In this document: one piece after another, positions 18,174 through 25,522 of the stretch
Layout of the letters: each line of letters begins with the position of its first letter
How positions within the stretch are numbered: position 1 is the stretch's first letter
Origin: Epsilonproteobacteria bacterium tcs-49
Lineage (GTDB): Bacteria > Campylobacterota > Campylobacteria > Campylobacterales > Sulfurovaceae
Direction of reading: 5' to 3'
DNA: 64,000 nt
NCBI GenBank assembly: GCA_002049495.1
Contig: LLYS01000011.1
Coordinates: 27,845-91,844, forward strand
The notes under the pieces: generated by a model
The model's input: the letters and a program-made list of their open reading frames with translations, nothing else
What the model was told of the DNA's origin: nothing
Databases searched by the model: none
Translations under genes and position numbers: made by a program

Positions 18174-19402
18174 TGCGGCCCTATCTGCGCCTGGGTGTAA
18201 GAAACATCACCCAAAGCAAAGGACGCACGGCGGTGACGCTGCTGCTAAGCGCCTTTTCCACGGCGGTGTTGATCTTTAGCACCGCGTTTATGGACGGACA
18301 GCACCGCGTCATGCTCAAAAACGCCGTAGAAACCTACCCGGGGTATATCCAGATAACCCATGAAAATTTTCGCGACAACCCCGGCTATGAAAACCTGATC
18401 GAAAACTCCGACACGCTGGTGCAGCGCCTGCAAAACGATCCGCGTATCGGCTCGATTTCCCAGCGCTTTGAAACCTACGTGCTGCTTTCAACCAAAGAGC
18501 ACTCCGTCGGCGCCATGATCGCAGGCATCCAGCCCCAAAAGGAACAAACCAACTCCATCCTGGCCAAATCTCTGCACAGGGGGAAGTACCTGCAAAAAGG
18601 CGACGGCAACGCCATCTATCTGGGCAGCGAACTGGCAAAGAACCTGCAGGTAAAGGTCGGCGACACGCTGGCGTATATCGGCAACGGGGTGGATTACTCC
18701 TTTTGCGCGGACAACGTGGTGGTCAAGGGGATCTTTCAAACGGGCCTTTTTCAGTTTGACGCCTCCAGCGCCTTTGTAAGCAAAGAGTACTTTGATCACA
18801 TGTTTGTCAGCGACAATCTGGCTACACATATCGTGATCTATCCTGCAGATATCGACACCGCCAACGAACTTGCCCAAAAGATCAAGCCGCAGCTTCCGCC
18901 GGCTTTGCACGTACAAAGCTGGAAAGAGTTTATGCATACGCTGGTACAGGCGATGGAGCTGGATTCGATCTTTGGCTATATCACGCTGGCGATCTTTTTT
19001 ATCGTGATCTTTTTTGTGATCCTGATCTATACCCTGCTCAATATCTTTGCCCGCACCAGAGAGATCGGCGTGCTTCGCGCTATCGGTACGGGTAAAAAGC
19101 AGATCATGGGGATGCTGCTGTTTGAAAGTACGGTTCTCTCCTTTGCAGGCGTGCTTGCTGGCGGCGCGATAGGAGCGGCTTTGGCGTATTATTTCAACCT
19201 CAACCCCATCGAGTTGGGCGCGGAGTTTGAAAAGCAGTTCAAACAATACGGCCTGGTCAGCTCCGCACTGCCCACGACCTTTGAGCCGCTGACGATCCTG
19301 CGGGATATGGGGATCATGTTTGTTTTGTGCATGGCAAGTACGCTCTATCCCATCGTAAAGATCAACGCCATGAACCCCGTGGAGGCGATGCACCATGTTT
19401 AA
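18173..19402 (+). CDS. ABC transporter permease, FtsX/MacB-like
   Basis: 409 aa. It has an N-terminal TM, a large periplasmic domain, and a C-terminal FtsX 3-TM bundle (REIGVLRAIGTGKKQI). Confidence 0.8.
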   Translation: MRPYLRLGVRNITQSKGRTAVTLLLSAFSTAVLIFSTAFMDGQHRVMLKNAVETYPGYIQITHENFRDNPGYENLIENSDTLVQRLQNDPRIGSISQRFETYVLLSTKEHSVGAMIAGIQPQKEQTNSILAKSLHRGKYLQKGDGNAIYLGSELAKNLQVKVGDTLAYIGNGVDYSFCADNVVVKGIFQTGLFQFDASSAFVSKEYFDHMFVSDNLATHIVIYPADIDTANELAQKIKPQLPPALHVQSWKEFMHTLVQAMELDSIFGYITLAIFFIVIFFVILIYTLLNIFARTREIGVLRAIGTGKKQIMGMLLFESTVLSFAGVLAGGAIGAALAYYFNLNPIELGAEFEKQFKQYGLVSSALPTTFEPLTILRDMGIMFVLCMASTLYPIVKINAMNPVEAMHHV

Positions 19403-20612
19403 ACTGATCTTCAAAAGCGCCCTGGCCTCGCTGCTGCGCCGCAAGCTTCGCACCGCTTTGGTCATCACTATGATCGCTATGTCGCTGTGGGGGCTGCTGC
19501 TGATGCAAGGCATCTATGACGGCATGGTGCAGCAGATGATTGGAAACGCCGTGCGCAGCGACAGTTCGCAGCTTTCTATCTTTGCCAAAGGGTTTCGTGC
19601 ACAGCCGGACGTAAAGCTGCAGCTGCAAAAACAACAGGAGATAAAAAACTTTCTAGCACACCATCCCAACGTCAAAAGCCACATTTCGCGTATCCTTTCC
19701 CGCGGCCTGATCGCCACCGCGCGCTACAACAGGAACGCTTTGATCTACGGCATCGACCCCGGCGCGGAGATCACGCACGCTTCGCTAAATCGCTACGTAG
19801 TGGAGGGAGCGTTTGACTTTGGCGACAAACGGCGGGGTGCGCTGCTTGGTTACAAGCTGGCAAAAAAGTTGAAAATTTCCCCGGGCGACAAAGTGGTCCT
19901 CTCTGCGCAGAGCATGGACCAGCAGATCGCATCGGTAGCGCTGCGCGTCAAAGGGGTGCTGCGTACCAACAACCTCTCCATCGACGAAAGCGGCGTGTTT
20001 ATGCACAAACAAAGGGCCAAAGCGATGCTGGGGCTTGAAAACGCCCACCAGATAGCGGTGATGGTACACGACTACAGCAGGGTCGCCACTTTGCAAACCC
20101 AGCTGCGCACCAAGTTCCCCGGTGTCAAAAGCTACACGTGGGAGCAGCTCTACCCCGCTTTGCAACAATCCAGAGAGTTGATGGAACTGTTTAACTCCAT
20201 CAGCTACGCCATCGTCTTTTGTACCGCCGCGATCGGGATCTTTGGCGTGGTGCTGGTATCGGTACTGGAGCGGCTGCGGGAGTTTGGCGTGCTGCGCGCC
20301 ATCGGCACGCGCTTTGGCGTGATAGCGGCCATGATCTTTGCGGAGAGTTTTCTCATCGGGGTTGCGGGCTTTGCGGCGGGGTCGCTGCTGGGCGGGGCGA
20401 CGCTGGAGTATTTCGCAGCTTTCGGGCTGGACCTGCGCAGCTTCAGCGACGCGCTGGGGGAGTTTGGCATCGACGCGGTGACCTACGCCATGATCAAGCC
20501 GGAGTATTTCACGACCTCCTTTGTCGCCGTTTTTGCCGCGACCTTTTTGAGTGTCCTGATCCCCCTGCGCATCCTGCGCAAATCCAAACCCGTCGAGGTG
20601 ATCAATGAGTAA
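19395..20612 (+). CDS. ABC transporter permease, FtsX/MacB-like (second copy)
   Basis: 405 aa with the same architecture (REFGVLRAIGTRFGVI). It overlaps both neighbours by 8 nt. Confidence 0.8.
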   Translation: MFKLIFKSALASLLRRKLRTALVITMIAMSLWGLLLMQGIYDGMVQQMIGNAVRSDSSQLSIFAKGFRAQPDVKLQLQKQQEIKNFLAHHPNVKSHISRILSRGLIATARYNRNALIYGIDPGAEITHASLNRYVVEGAFDFGDKRRGALLGYKLAKKLKISPGDKVVLSAQSMDQQIASVALRVKGVLRTNNLSIDESGVFMHKQRAKAMLGLENAHQIAVMVHDYSRVATLQTQLRTKFPGVKSYTWEQLYPALQQSRELMELFNSISYAIVFCTAAIGIFGVVLVSVLERLREFGVLRAIGTRFGVIAAMIFAESFLIGVAGFAAGSLLGGATLEYFAAFGLDLRSFSDALGEFGIDAVTYAMIKPEYFTTSFVAVFAATFLSVLIPLRILRKSKPVEVINE

Positions 20613-21297
20613 GTTTATAACCCTTTCAAACGTAAGCAAGATTTTCAATCCCGGCACGCCCCTTGAGGTGGATGCTTTGCAAGATATCGACCTGGTGCTG
20701 GACAGGGGCGAATTTGTGGTGCTCTCCGGCCCCAGCGGCAGCGGCAAGACTACGCTTTTGAACCTCATGGGCGGGCTTGACCGCGCCAGCGGCGGGACGA
20801 TCCGCATCGACGGCAAAGAGATCACGGCACTACACGAAGACGCGCTGTGCGACGAGCGCAGGGACAACATAGGCTTTATCTTTCAAGCTTACAACCTCAT
20901 CCCCGTCTTTAGCGCCAAGGAAAACATCGAATACGTCATGAAGCTGCAAGGCCGTGACCAGCCAAGCTGCGACAGGCGCGTCACGGAGGTGGCCAAAAAG
21001 CTGGGGATCGAAAAGCTTTTGCACAAGCTGCCTTCAAACCTCAGCGGCGGGCAGCAGCAGCGCGTGGCCGTGGCCAGAGCGGTGGCGAGCAAGCCCAAGC
21101 TGATCCTGGCCGACGAGCCCACCGCCAACCTCGACAGCGTCAGCGCGGGGGAGCTGATGGATATGATGGAAAAACTCAACAGGGAAGAAAACATCACCAT
21201 TATCTTCTCTTCGCACGATCCCATGGTCATCGGCAAAGCCAAACGATCCGTCGTGCTCAAAGACGGAAAAGTAATCAAAAATGAGACTGTTTCTTAG
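20605..21297 (+). CDS. ABC transporter ATP-binding protein (LolD/MacB-type)
   Basis: 230 aa. It has Walker A GPSGSGKTT, the signature LSGGQQQRV and Walker B LILADEPT. Confidence 0.9.
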   Translation: MSKFITLSNVSKIFNPGTPLEVDALQDIDLVLDRGEFVVLSGPSGSGKTTLLNLMGGLDRASGGTIRIDGKEITALHEDALCDERRDNIGFIFQAYNLIPVFSAKENIEYVMKLQGRDQPSCDRRVTEVAKKLGIEKLLHKLPSNLSGGQQQRVAVARAVASKPKLILADEPTANLDSVSAGELMDMMEKLNREENITIIFSSHDPMVIGKAKRSVVLKDGKVIKNETVS

Positions 21298-22243
21298 CTG
21301 GGCGCTGCTGTGCTCGCTGGCTGCGGCGCTGCAGCTGCGCTTTGATCTGGAAAACACCCACATCATCCAAAAGCAGGAGCGCGGGCAGGACGTGGACTAC
21401 AACCGCCTGCGCCTCTATACTCTGGTGACCTCGCCAAAGTATGACCGCGTACTGTTTAAAGCGATCGTCGATGACGAAAACCGCTACTTTATCAGCAGCG
21501 ACACCCACCGCAACGAGCTGAGTCTCTACCGCGCGTACCTCAAATACGCCGACGCGAAAAACCTGCTGGTGATCGGGCGGCAACGCATCCCCTTTGGCGT
21601 GGGGCGGGTGTGGAACCCCGTCGATATCTACAATCCCATCGACATCACCGCCATAGAATCAAACGAACGAGAGGGCACCGACGCCCTGCACTACGAGTAC
21701 GCGCCGGGGATGCTTTCAAACATCGACGCGACGCTTTCTAAGGACAAGATGGCTTTGCGCGTCAAAGGCTACCTGGACTACGCAGACGTGGCGCTGCTGG
21801 GGCTAAGAGATGAAAAAAACCACCGCACCATCGTCGGCTACGAAGCCGCGGGTGAGCTGGGTGATACGGGGGTGGAGCTGCGCTCGGAGGGCGGGTATTT
21901 CAAACCCGAAACCGGAAAAGAGTACAAAGAGGCGATCTTTGGCGCGGAGTACGGCTTTGCCAATTCGCTGACGCTGCTGGGGGAGTACAAGTACAACTCC
22001 CGCACTCACATCAACTACGCGGCCGCAACGCTTTCGTACCGGCTGACCCCGCTGCTAAGCACCAAAGCCCTCGCGCTGCAAAACCTGCGGGATGCAAGCA
22101 CGCTTTCTTCGCTGGAGTTTGAATACAGCCTCAGCGACGAAACGACGCTAAACGTGGGCGGCTACTTCTACGGCGGCAGCGAAAACAGCGAATACGGAGC
22201 GCAGGGAAACAGGTACTATATGCGGTTGTTTACTCATTTTTAG
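21281..22243 (+). CDS. Putative outer-membrane beta-barrel protein of the LolA-like/ABC operon
   Basis: 320 aa with a signal-like N-terminus. It shows alternating hydrophobic beta-strand periodicity and a C-terminal aromatic residue (RLFTHF). Its start overlaps the ATPase gene. Confidence 0.5.
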   Translation: MRLFLSWALLCSLAAALQLRFDLENTHIIQKQERGQDVDYNRLRLYTLVTSPKYDRVLFKAIVDDENRYFISSDTHRNELSLYRAYLKYADAKNLLVIGRQRIPFGVGRVWNPVDIYNPIDITAIESNEREGTDALHYEYAPGMLSNIDATLSKDKMALRVKGYLDYADVALLGLRDEKNHRTIVGYEAAGELGDTGVELRSEGGYFKPETGKEYKEAIFGAEYGFANSLTLLGEYKYNSRTHINYAAATLSYRLTPLLSTKALALQNLRDASTLSSLEFEYSLSDETTLNVGGYFYGGSENSEYGAQGNRYYMRLFTHF

Positions 22244-22264
22244 GGGTGGGTGTTTTCCGATGCG

Positions 22265-22603
22265 TTATGCCAGCTTCGCACCGTTTGGCAACGCCATATC
22301 AACAGTCGATAATACTACCGAACCATCAGGTCTATGCAGTCCTGTCACTAAACATTCCGACATAATAGGCCCAATTTGCTTAGGCGGAAAATTAACGACA
22401 GCCAATATTTGCTTGCCCAGTAGTAACTCCTTTGTGTATAAATCCGTTATCTGAGCACTGGATTTTCTAATGCCGATCTCTTCTCCAAAGTCAACTTGCA
22501 ATTTAAAAGCAGGTCTCCTTGCTTCCGGAAAATCCTCTACCTCGATGATTGTGCCGACTCTAATATCAACTTTTTGAAAGTCGTTCCATTCTATTGTTTC
22601 CAT
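22265..22603 (-). CDS. csaA: tRNA-binding domain protein (CsaA/YgjH/Trbp111-like)
   Basis: 112 aa. DIRVGTIIEVEDFPEARRPAFKLQVDFG...ILAVVNFPPKQIGP is the OB-fold tRNA_bind signature. Confidence 0.8.
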   Translation of the reverse strand: METIEWNDFQKVDIRVGTIIEVEDFPEARRPAFKLQVDFGEEIGIRKSSAQITDLYTKELLLGKQILAVVNFPPKQIGPIMSECLVTGLHRPDGSVVLSTVDMALPNGAKLA

Positions 22604-22633
22604 TTGCTTTCCTTTGAGGTGTAACGGTTAAAA

Positions 22634-22670
22634 TGAGCCAATGACTTGCCCGCAGGGTGATTTATTGGCT
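22634..22670 (-). terminator. Hairpin downstream of the islet ATPase gene
   Basis: An 8-bp stem GAGCCAAT/ATTGGCTC has a 21-nt loop and is followed on the minus strand by ATTTTA. It lies 12 nt after the ATPase stop. The loop is long for a canonical intrinsic terminator. Confidence 0.35.
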
Positions 22671-22681
22671 CCTCTGATTTG

Positions 22682-24193
22682 TTAGACATTATCAGTCTCA
22701 CAAAGATTGTTAAGGTCTTTATCTTGAAGATTGTATTGCATCTGCTCAAAATTGAGTTTTGGTGATGACCTGATTTTGTCTTTTCTTCCTTGACTATCTG
22801 TAATACCTGGTTCTACTTGATTAAAACTTCTTGGTCTTGAATTTTCATATAGTCCAACATCAATGATATATGCTTCATATCTACGACCATCACTTGGTGC
22901 ACAACTAGTATTGCTGTCAATTATGTGTAAGAGTCGCATATCTACTAATTCTTTAAGTGCTTGTCTAACTTGTTTATATTGTTCGAGGTCTTGTTTTGCA
23001 ACTAAAAAAGCATTAGTTCGATGTCTCGTATATACAAAGCTTTTAATCTCATTTAAATAAGCTTCCAATATCTCACTTTCATTGTCGGAATCTTTGGCGA
23101 TTGAAGCCATTTTATTGCCGATTGAGGCTATCGTTGCATCTGTTACAGCTACTTTATTAATTTTTTCATCTCTTACTAAACATTGACTTGCAACTTTGAG
23201 AAATAAAGATAAAAAGTCACGGGGAACACCTCCAGATGCGAGGCATAATTGAGAAAACGAATCTCCAGCAAATAAATCATCAATATTTAGATTTGCCCCC
23301 GACTCACTTGAAGCATGTGTCAAGAGCTGTTTCATGAAGTTTTTCAAATCTTCGAATTTATCTAGTGTGTAATCTAAATCTAAATCATGTATATCATGAC
23401 CTATTTCAGTACCTATGTATGAATCTTCGAATTGTTGGTATAAAAGACTACGGTGTTTAATCGTTGCGACCTTGATATATAAATTAGTTCCTTTGGAAAG
23501 TCTGTGAATATAATCAATAAAACATGGTTGAATATCTTTTTTTAAAAAATACATATCATCTAGCACGAGATAAATTGGCTTATTATTAAATGCTTCCGAA
23601 AGCTCATCAAAAAACTCCTGATACTTATCAATAGATAGCTTGAGAGTCTCCAATTTATCTTTTGCAAAAGATGTTGTTAGTTCTTTTTCTTTTCCAGATT
23701 TTGCCCCTGCATTCACACTGCTAGAAGCACCTTTGCCTTCTCCACCAATTTCTATTGCTTTAGCTTCTTTGTTTCTTTGTTCAAATGTTTGATTATCTGG
23801 TTTTTCTAAATCTTCTTCTAAGGTGTTGATTGCCTTTAATAGTTTTTTACGACTCATATAAGCTGACCAAGAAGGTTTATAAAAAGGTCTTTTCAACTCT
23901 TTACGTAACTGAGAAAATCCTGATTTCAAGACATGTAAAATGATATTTGGGAAACTAATGTCTTTGAAATTTTCTAAATTAATATAAATAAAGACATGGT
24001 CTTTTGATTTTTTTAATGATGATGATAAAGATGATTTGCCAGAACCACGTCTTCCAAATACAACATGATTTTGTTTTGAAGAAAGTTTTCTTTTAAAATT
24101 ATTTGGATCTATAAAACTCATACCAGAATTCACAGTTGTTCGCAAATTCTCTTCAATATATGTTGTTAATTTATCAATACTTTCTCGGTCCAT
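22682..24193 (-). CDS. Orphan ORC/Cdc6-like AAA+ ATPase with a charged insertion and a C-terminal winged-helix-like region
   Basis: 503 aa. Walker A GRRGSGKSS was verified on DNA at 24029-24055. A Cdc6-like strand FIYINLENF is present. A Lys/Glu/Gly/Ser-rich insertion spans about residues 125-185. Walker B is IYLVLDD. A sensor-2-like segment GGVPRDFLSLF is present. The C-terminus (RLLHIIDS...RRYEAYIIDVG) resembles a wHTH. Confidence 0.6.
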   Translation of the reverse strand: MDRESIDKLTTYIEENLRTTVNSGMSFIDPNNFKRKLSSKQNHVVFGRRGSGKSSLSSSLKKSKDHVFIYINLENFKDISFPNIILHVLKSGFSQLRKELKRPFYKPSWSAYMSRKKLLKAINTLEEDLEKPDNQTFEQRNKEAKAIEIGGEGKGASSSVNAGAKSGKEKELTTSFAKDKLETLKLSIDKYQEFFDELSEAFNNKPIYLVLDDMYFLKKDIQPCFIDYIHRLSKGTNLYIKVATIKHRSLLYQQFEDSYIGTEIGHDIHDLDLDYTLDKFEDLKNFMKQLLTHASSESGANLNIDDLFAGDSFSQLCLASGGVPRDFLSLFLKVASQCLVRDEKINKVAVTDATIASIGNKMASIAKDSDNESEILEAYLNEIKSFVYTRHRTNAFLVAKQDLEQYKQVRQALKELVDMRLLHIIDSNTSCAPSDGRRYEAYIIDVGLYENSRPRSFNQVEPGITDSQGRKDKIRSSPKLNFEQMQYNLQDKDLNNLCETDNV

Positions 24194-24411
24194 TTTTTAT
24201 CCTAGTTTATTTGTCTAACAACTTATCAAACATACAAAATGTACATTTATGACCCATATTCCGCAACAAAAGCACATTCTATAAAATACAGATTAAACAT
24301 ATGCTACCTAAAAAATAATTAAACATCACAACATGCATCAATACAAAAAGCCACAGCGGGATTTTCTTGCCAAATCCTATCTCCATATCATCTGCCACGA
24401 CATATGGAGTT

Positions 24412-24448
24412 TTGCAGATTTTTGCAAAATTTCATTATATGATACAAT
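24412..24448 (+). promoter_or_regulatory. Candidate promoter/operator of the VbhA-like antitoxin gene
   Basis: Palindrome TTGCA-N6-TGCAA at 24412-24427 overlaps TTGCAA/TTGCAG -35-like hexamers. AT-rich -10 candidates follow (ATTATA at 24434-24439, TGaTACAAT at 24440-24448). All lie upstream of the AAGGAG RBS and the ATG at 24466. Confidence 0.35.
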
Positions 24449-24465
24449 TATCGAAGGAGAAAGTC

Positions 24466-24615
24466 ATGAGCAAAAATCCAAAGAATAAAAAACTCATTCA
24501 TAAAACCATCAAAATATCACAAGCAATTGAGGGATACACTTCAACAAATGCTTCAAAACAAAAAGCTAAAAAACTGATGGAAAAGTATGCAATCAAAGTA
24601 TCAGCTAAAAAATAA
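24466..24615 (+). CDS. VbhA-like class I Fic antitoxin (inhibitory SxxxEG helix)
   Basis: 49 aa read from the RBS-supported ATG inside the 82 aa track ORF. It contains SQAIEG (24517-24534), which matches the (S/T)xxxE(G/N) Fic-inhibition motif. It lies directly upstream of, and overlaps, a Fic N-terminal stump. Confidence 0.65.
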   Translation: MSKNPKNKKLIHKTIKISQAIEGYTSTNASKQKAKKLMEKYAIKVSAKK

Positions 24616-24718
24616 CAGCTTCTACTACCCAAACACAGATATCCCTATCAATAAATTCAATATTCCAAACCGTGCAGATTCGAAAAAAGAGAAAGTGTTT
24701 TCATTTGCAAAGCAATAA
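24587..24718 (+). pseudogene. Truncated Fic/FicT toxin gene (43-codon N-terminal stump)
   Basis: The frame reads MQSKYQLKNNSFYYPNTDIPINKFNIPNRADSKKEKVFSFAKQ then stop. The YY.N(S/T)..L.NK..I.N pattern is the typical Fic N-terminus. The HPFxxGNGR core is entirely missing. Confidence 0.6.
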
Positions 24719-24764
24719 ATTTTGTAATACACTATATAACACAATCAAAATACGAGGAAGATTT

Positions 24765-25022
24765 ATGATCTCTGTACGATTGGATGAAAGTTTAGAAGAA
24801 AGATTGAATCTTTTTTCAAAGCAAAAGCGTATTTCAAAAAGCCGTATAATCAAAGACTCTTTGAACTTTTATTTTGAAAAGCTTGAACAAGAGTCGAAAC
24901 AAACAACACCGTATGACTTGGGAAAAGAGCTTTTTGGCAAATACGCAAGCGGTGAAACCAACCTCTCTACAACATATAAACAAAAGTTCAAAGAAAAGAT
25001 CAATGCAAAAAACGCTCATTGA
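24765..25022 (+). CDS. Ribbon-helix-helix (CopG/VapB-like) antitoxin
   Basis: 85 aa read from the ATG with a GAGGAAG RBS (the track ORF starts earlier). MISVRLDESLEERLNLFSKQKRISKSRIIKDSL is a classic RHH N-terminus. Its stop overlaps the start of a PIN-like ORF. Confidence 0.75.
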   Translation: MISVRLDESLEERLNLFSKQKRISKSRIIKDSLNFYFEKLEQESKQTTPYDLGKELFGKYASGETNLSTTYKQKFKEKINAKNAH

Positions 25023-25245
25023 CAGCGGACCGCTTATTGCACTGTTTGATAAAAGGGTTCAATCCCTAATGAGACAGGCGTTATCTTCACTTTTCAATGT
25101 ATTGAAAATATTACAGCATAAATTTTTCAATACATTGAAAAACAATGCACCTGTAAGATCGAGTATAAAGAGTGCGCTTCTTTTTTCATATGAAATACTC
25201 TTCTTTTACTCATCAAACTACAAGCTTCCAATCTGGCACAATTGA
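25003..25245 (+). pseudogene. Truncated PIN-domain (VapC-like) toxin gene
   Basis: MQKTLIDSGPLIALFDK (25003-25053) is a typical PIN N-terminus with the first acidic residue. After that, the frame runs into low-complexity, repeat-containing sequence with no further PIN motifs. Confidence 0.6.
25091..25141. repeat. Perfect 18-bp inverted repeat (TTTTCAATGTATTGAAAA / TTTTCAATACATTGAAAA) with a 15-nt spacer
   Basis: Read directly, with arms at 25091-25108 and 25124-25141. Each arm is itself a near-palindrome (TTTTCAAT..ATTGAAAA), giving four TTTCAAT half-sites. Confidence 0.9.
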
Positions 25246-25257
25246 CTTATTAAATTA

Positions 25258-25308
25258 TTTGTACTCCAATACAAAATATGTAACATTTGTTTTGTATTGG
25301 AGTACAAA
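25258..25308. repeat. Perfect 19-bp inverted repeat (TTTGTACTCCAATACAAAA / TTTTGTATTGGAGTACAAA) with a 13-nt loop
   Basis: Read directly, with arms at 25258-25276 and 25290-25308. It lies in non-coding wreckage between the PIN stump and the ATPase tail fragment. Confidence 0.9.
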
Positions 25309-25354
25309 TGTCAGAACAGCTGCAACTGCTATCAAACCAAATATCAACTATCCA

Positions 25355-25522
25355 AAAAACGCAGATTTTATTTTAGATGAGAAGTATACTTTTGAAGTAG
25401 GCGGCAAAGATAAAGGTTTCAAACAGATAAAAGATACAAAAAACGGCTATGTCATTTCAGATGATCTGGAGGTTGGAATTGACCATAAGATACCGATTTG
25501 GCTATTTGGATTTTTGTATTGA
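25355..25522 (+). pseudogene. C-terminal fragment of an ATPase-associated nuclease-like protein (tail ...KIPIWLFGFLY)
   Basis: KNADFILDEKYTFEVGGKDKGFKQIKDTKNGYVISDDLEVGIDHKIPIWLFGFLY resembles the conserved C-terminus of a widespread AAA-ATPase family, as recalled from memory. The upstream part of the track ORF is junk with no P-loop. Confidence 0.45.

Noticed and set aside
25052-25067. The sequence AAAGGGTTCAATCCCT looks like a tRNA T-arm fragment and so a possible attachment-site remnant.
   Set aside because: The loop is 6 nt rather than 7. No acceptor stem, anticodon arm or CCA context surrounds it. No tRNA gene is present anywhere in the window.
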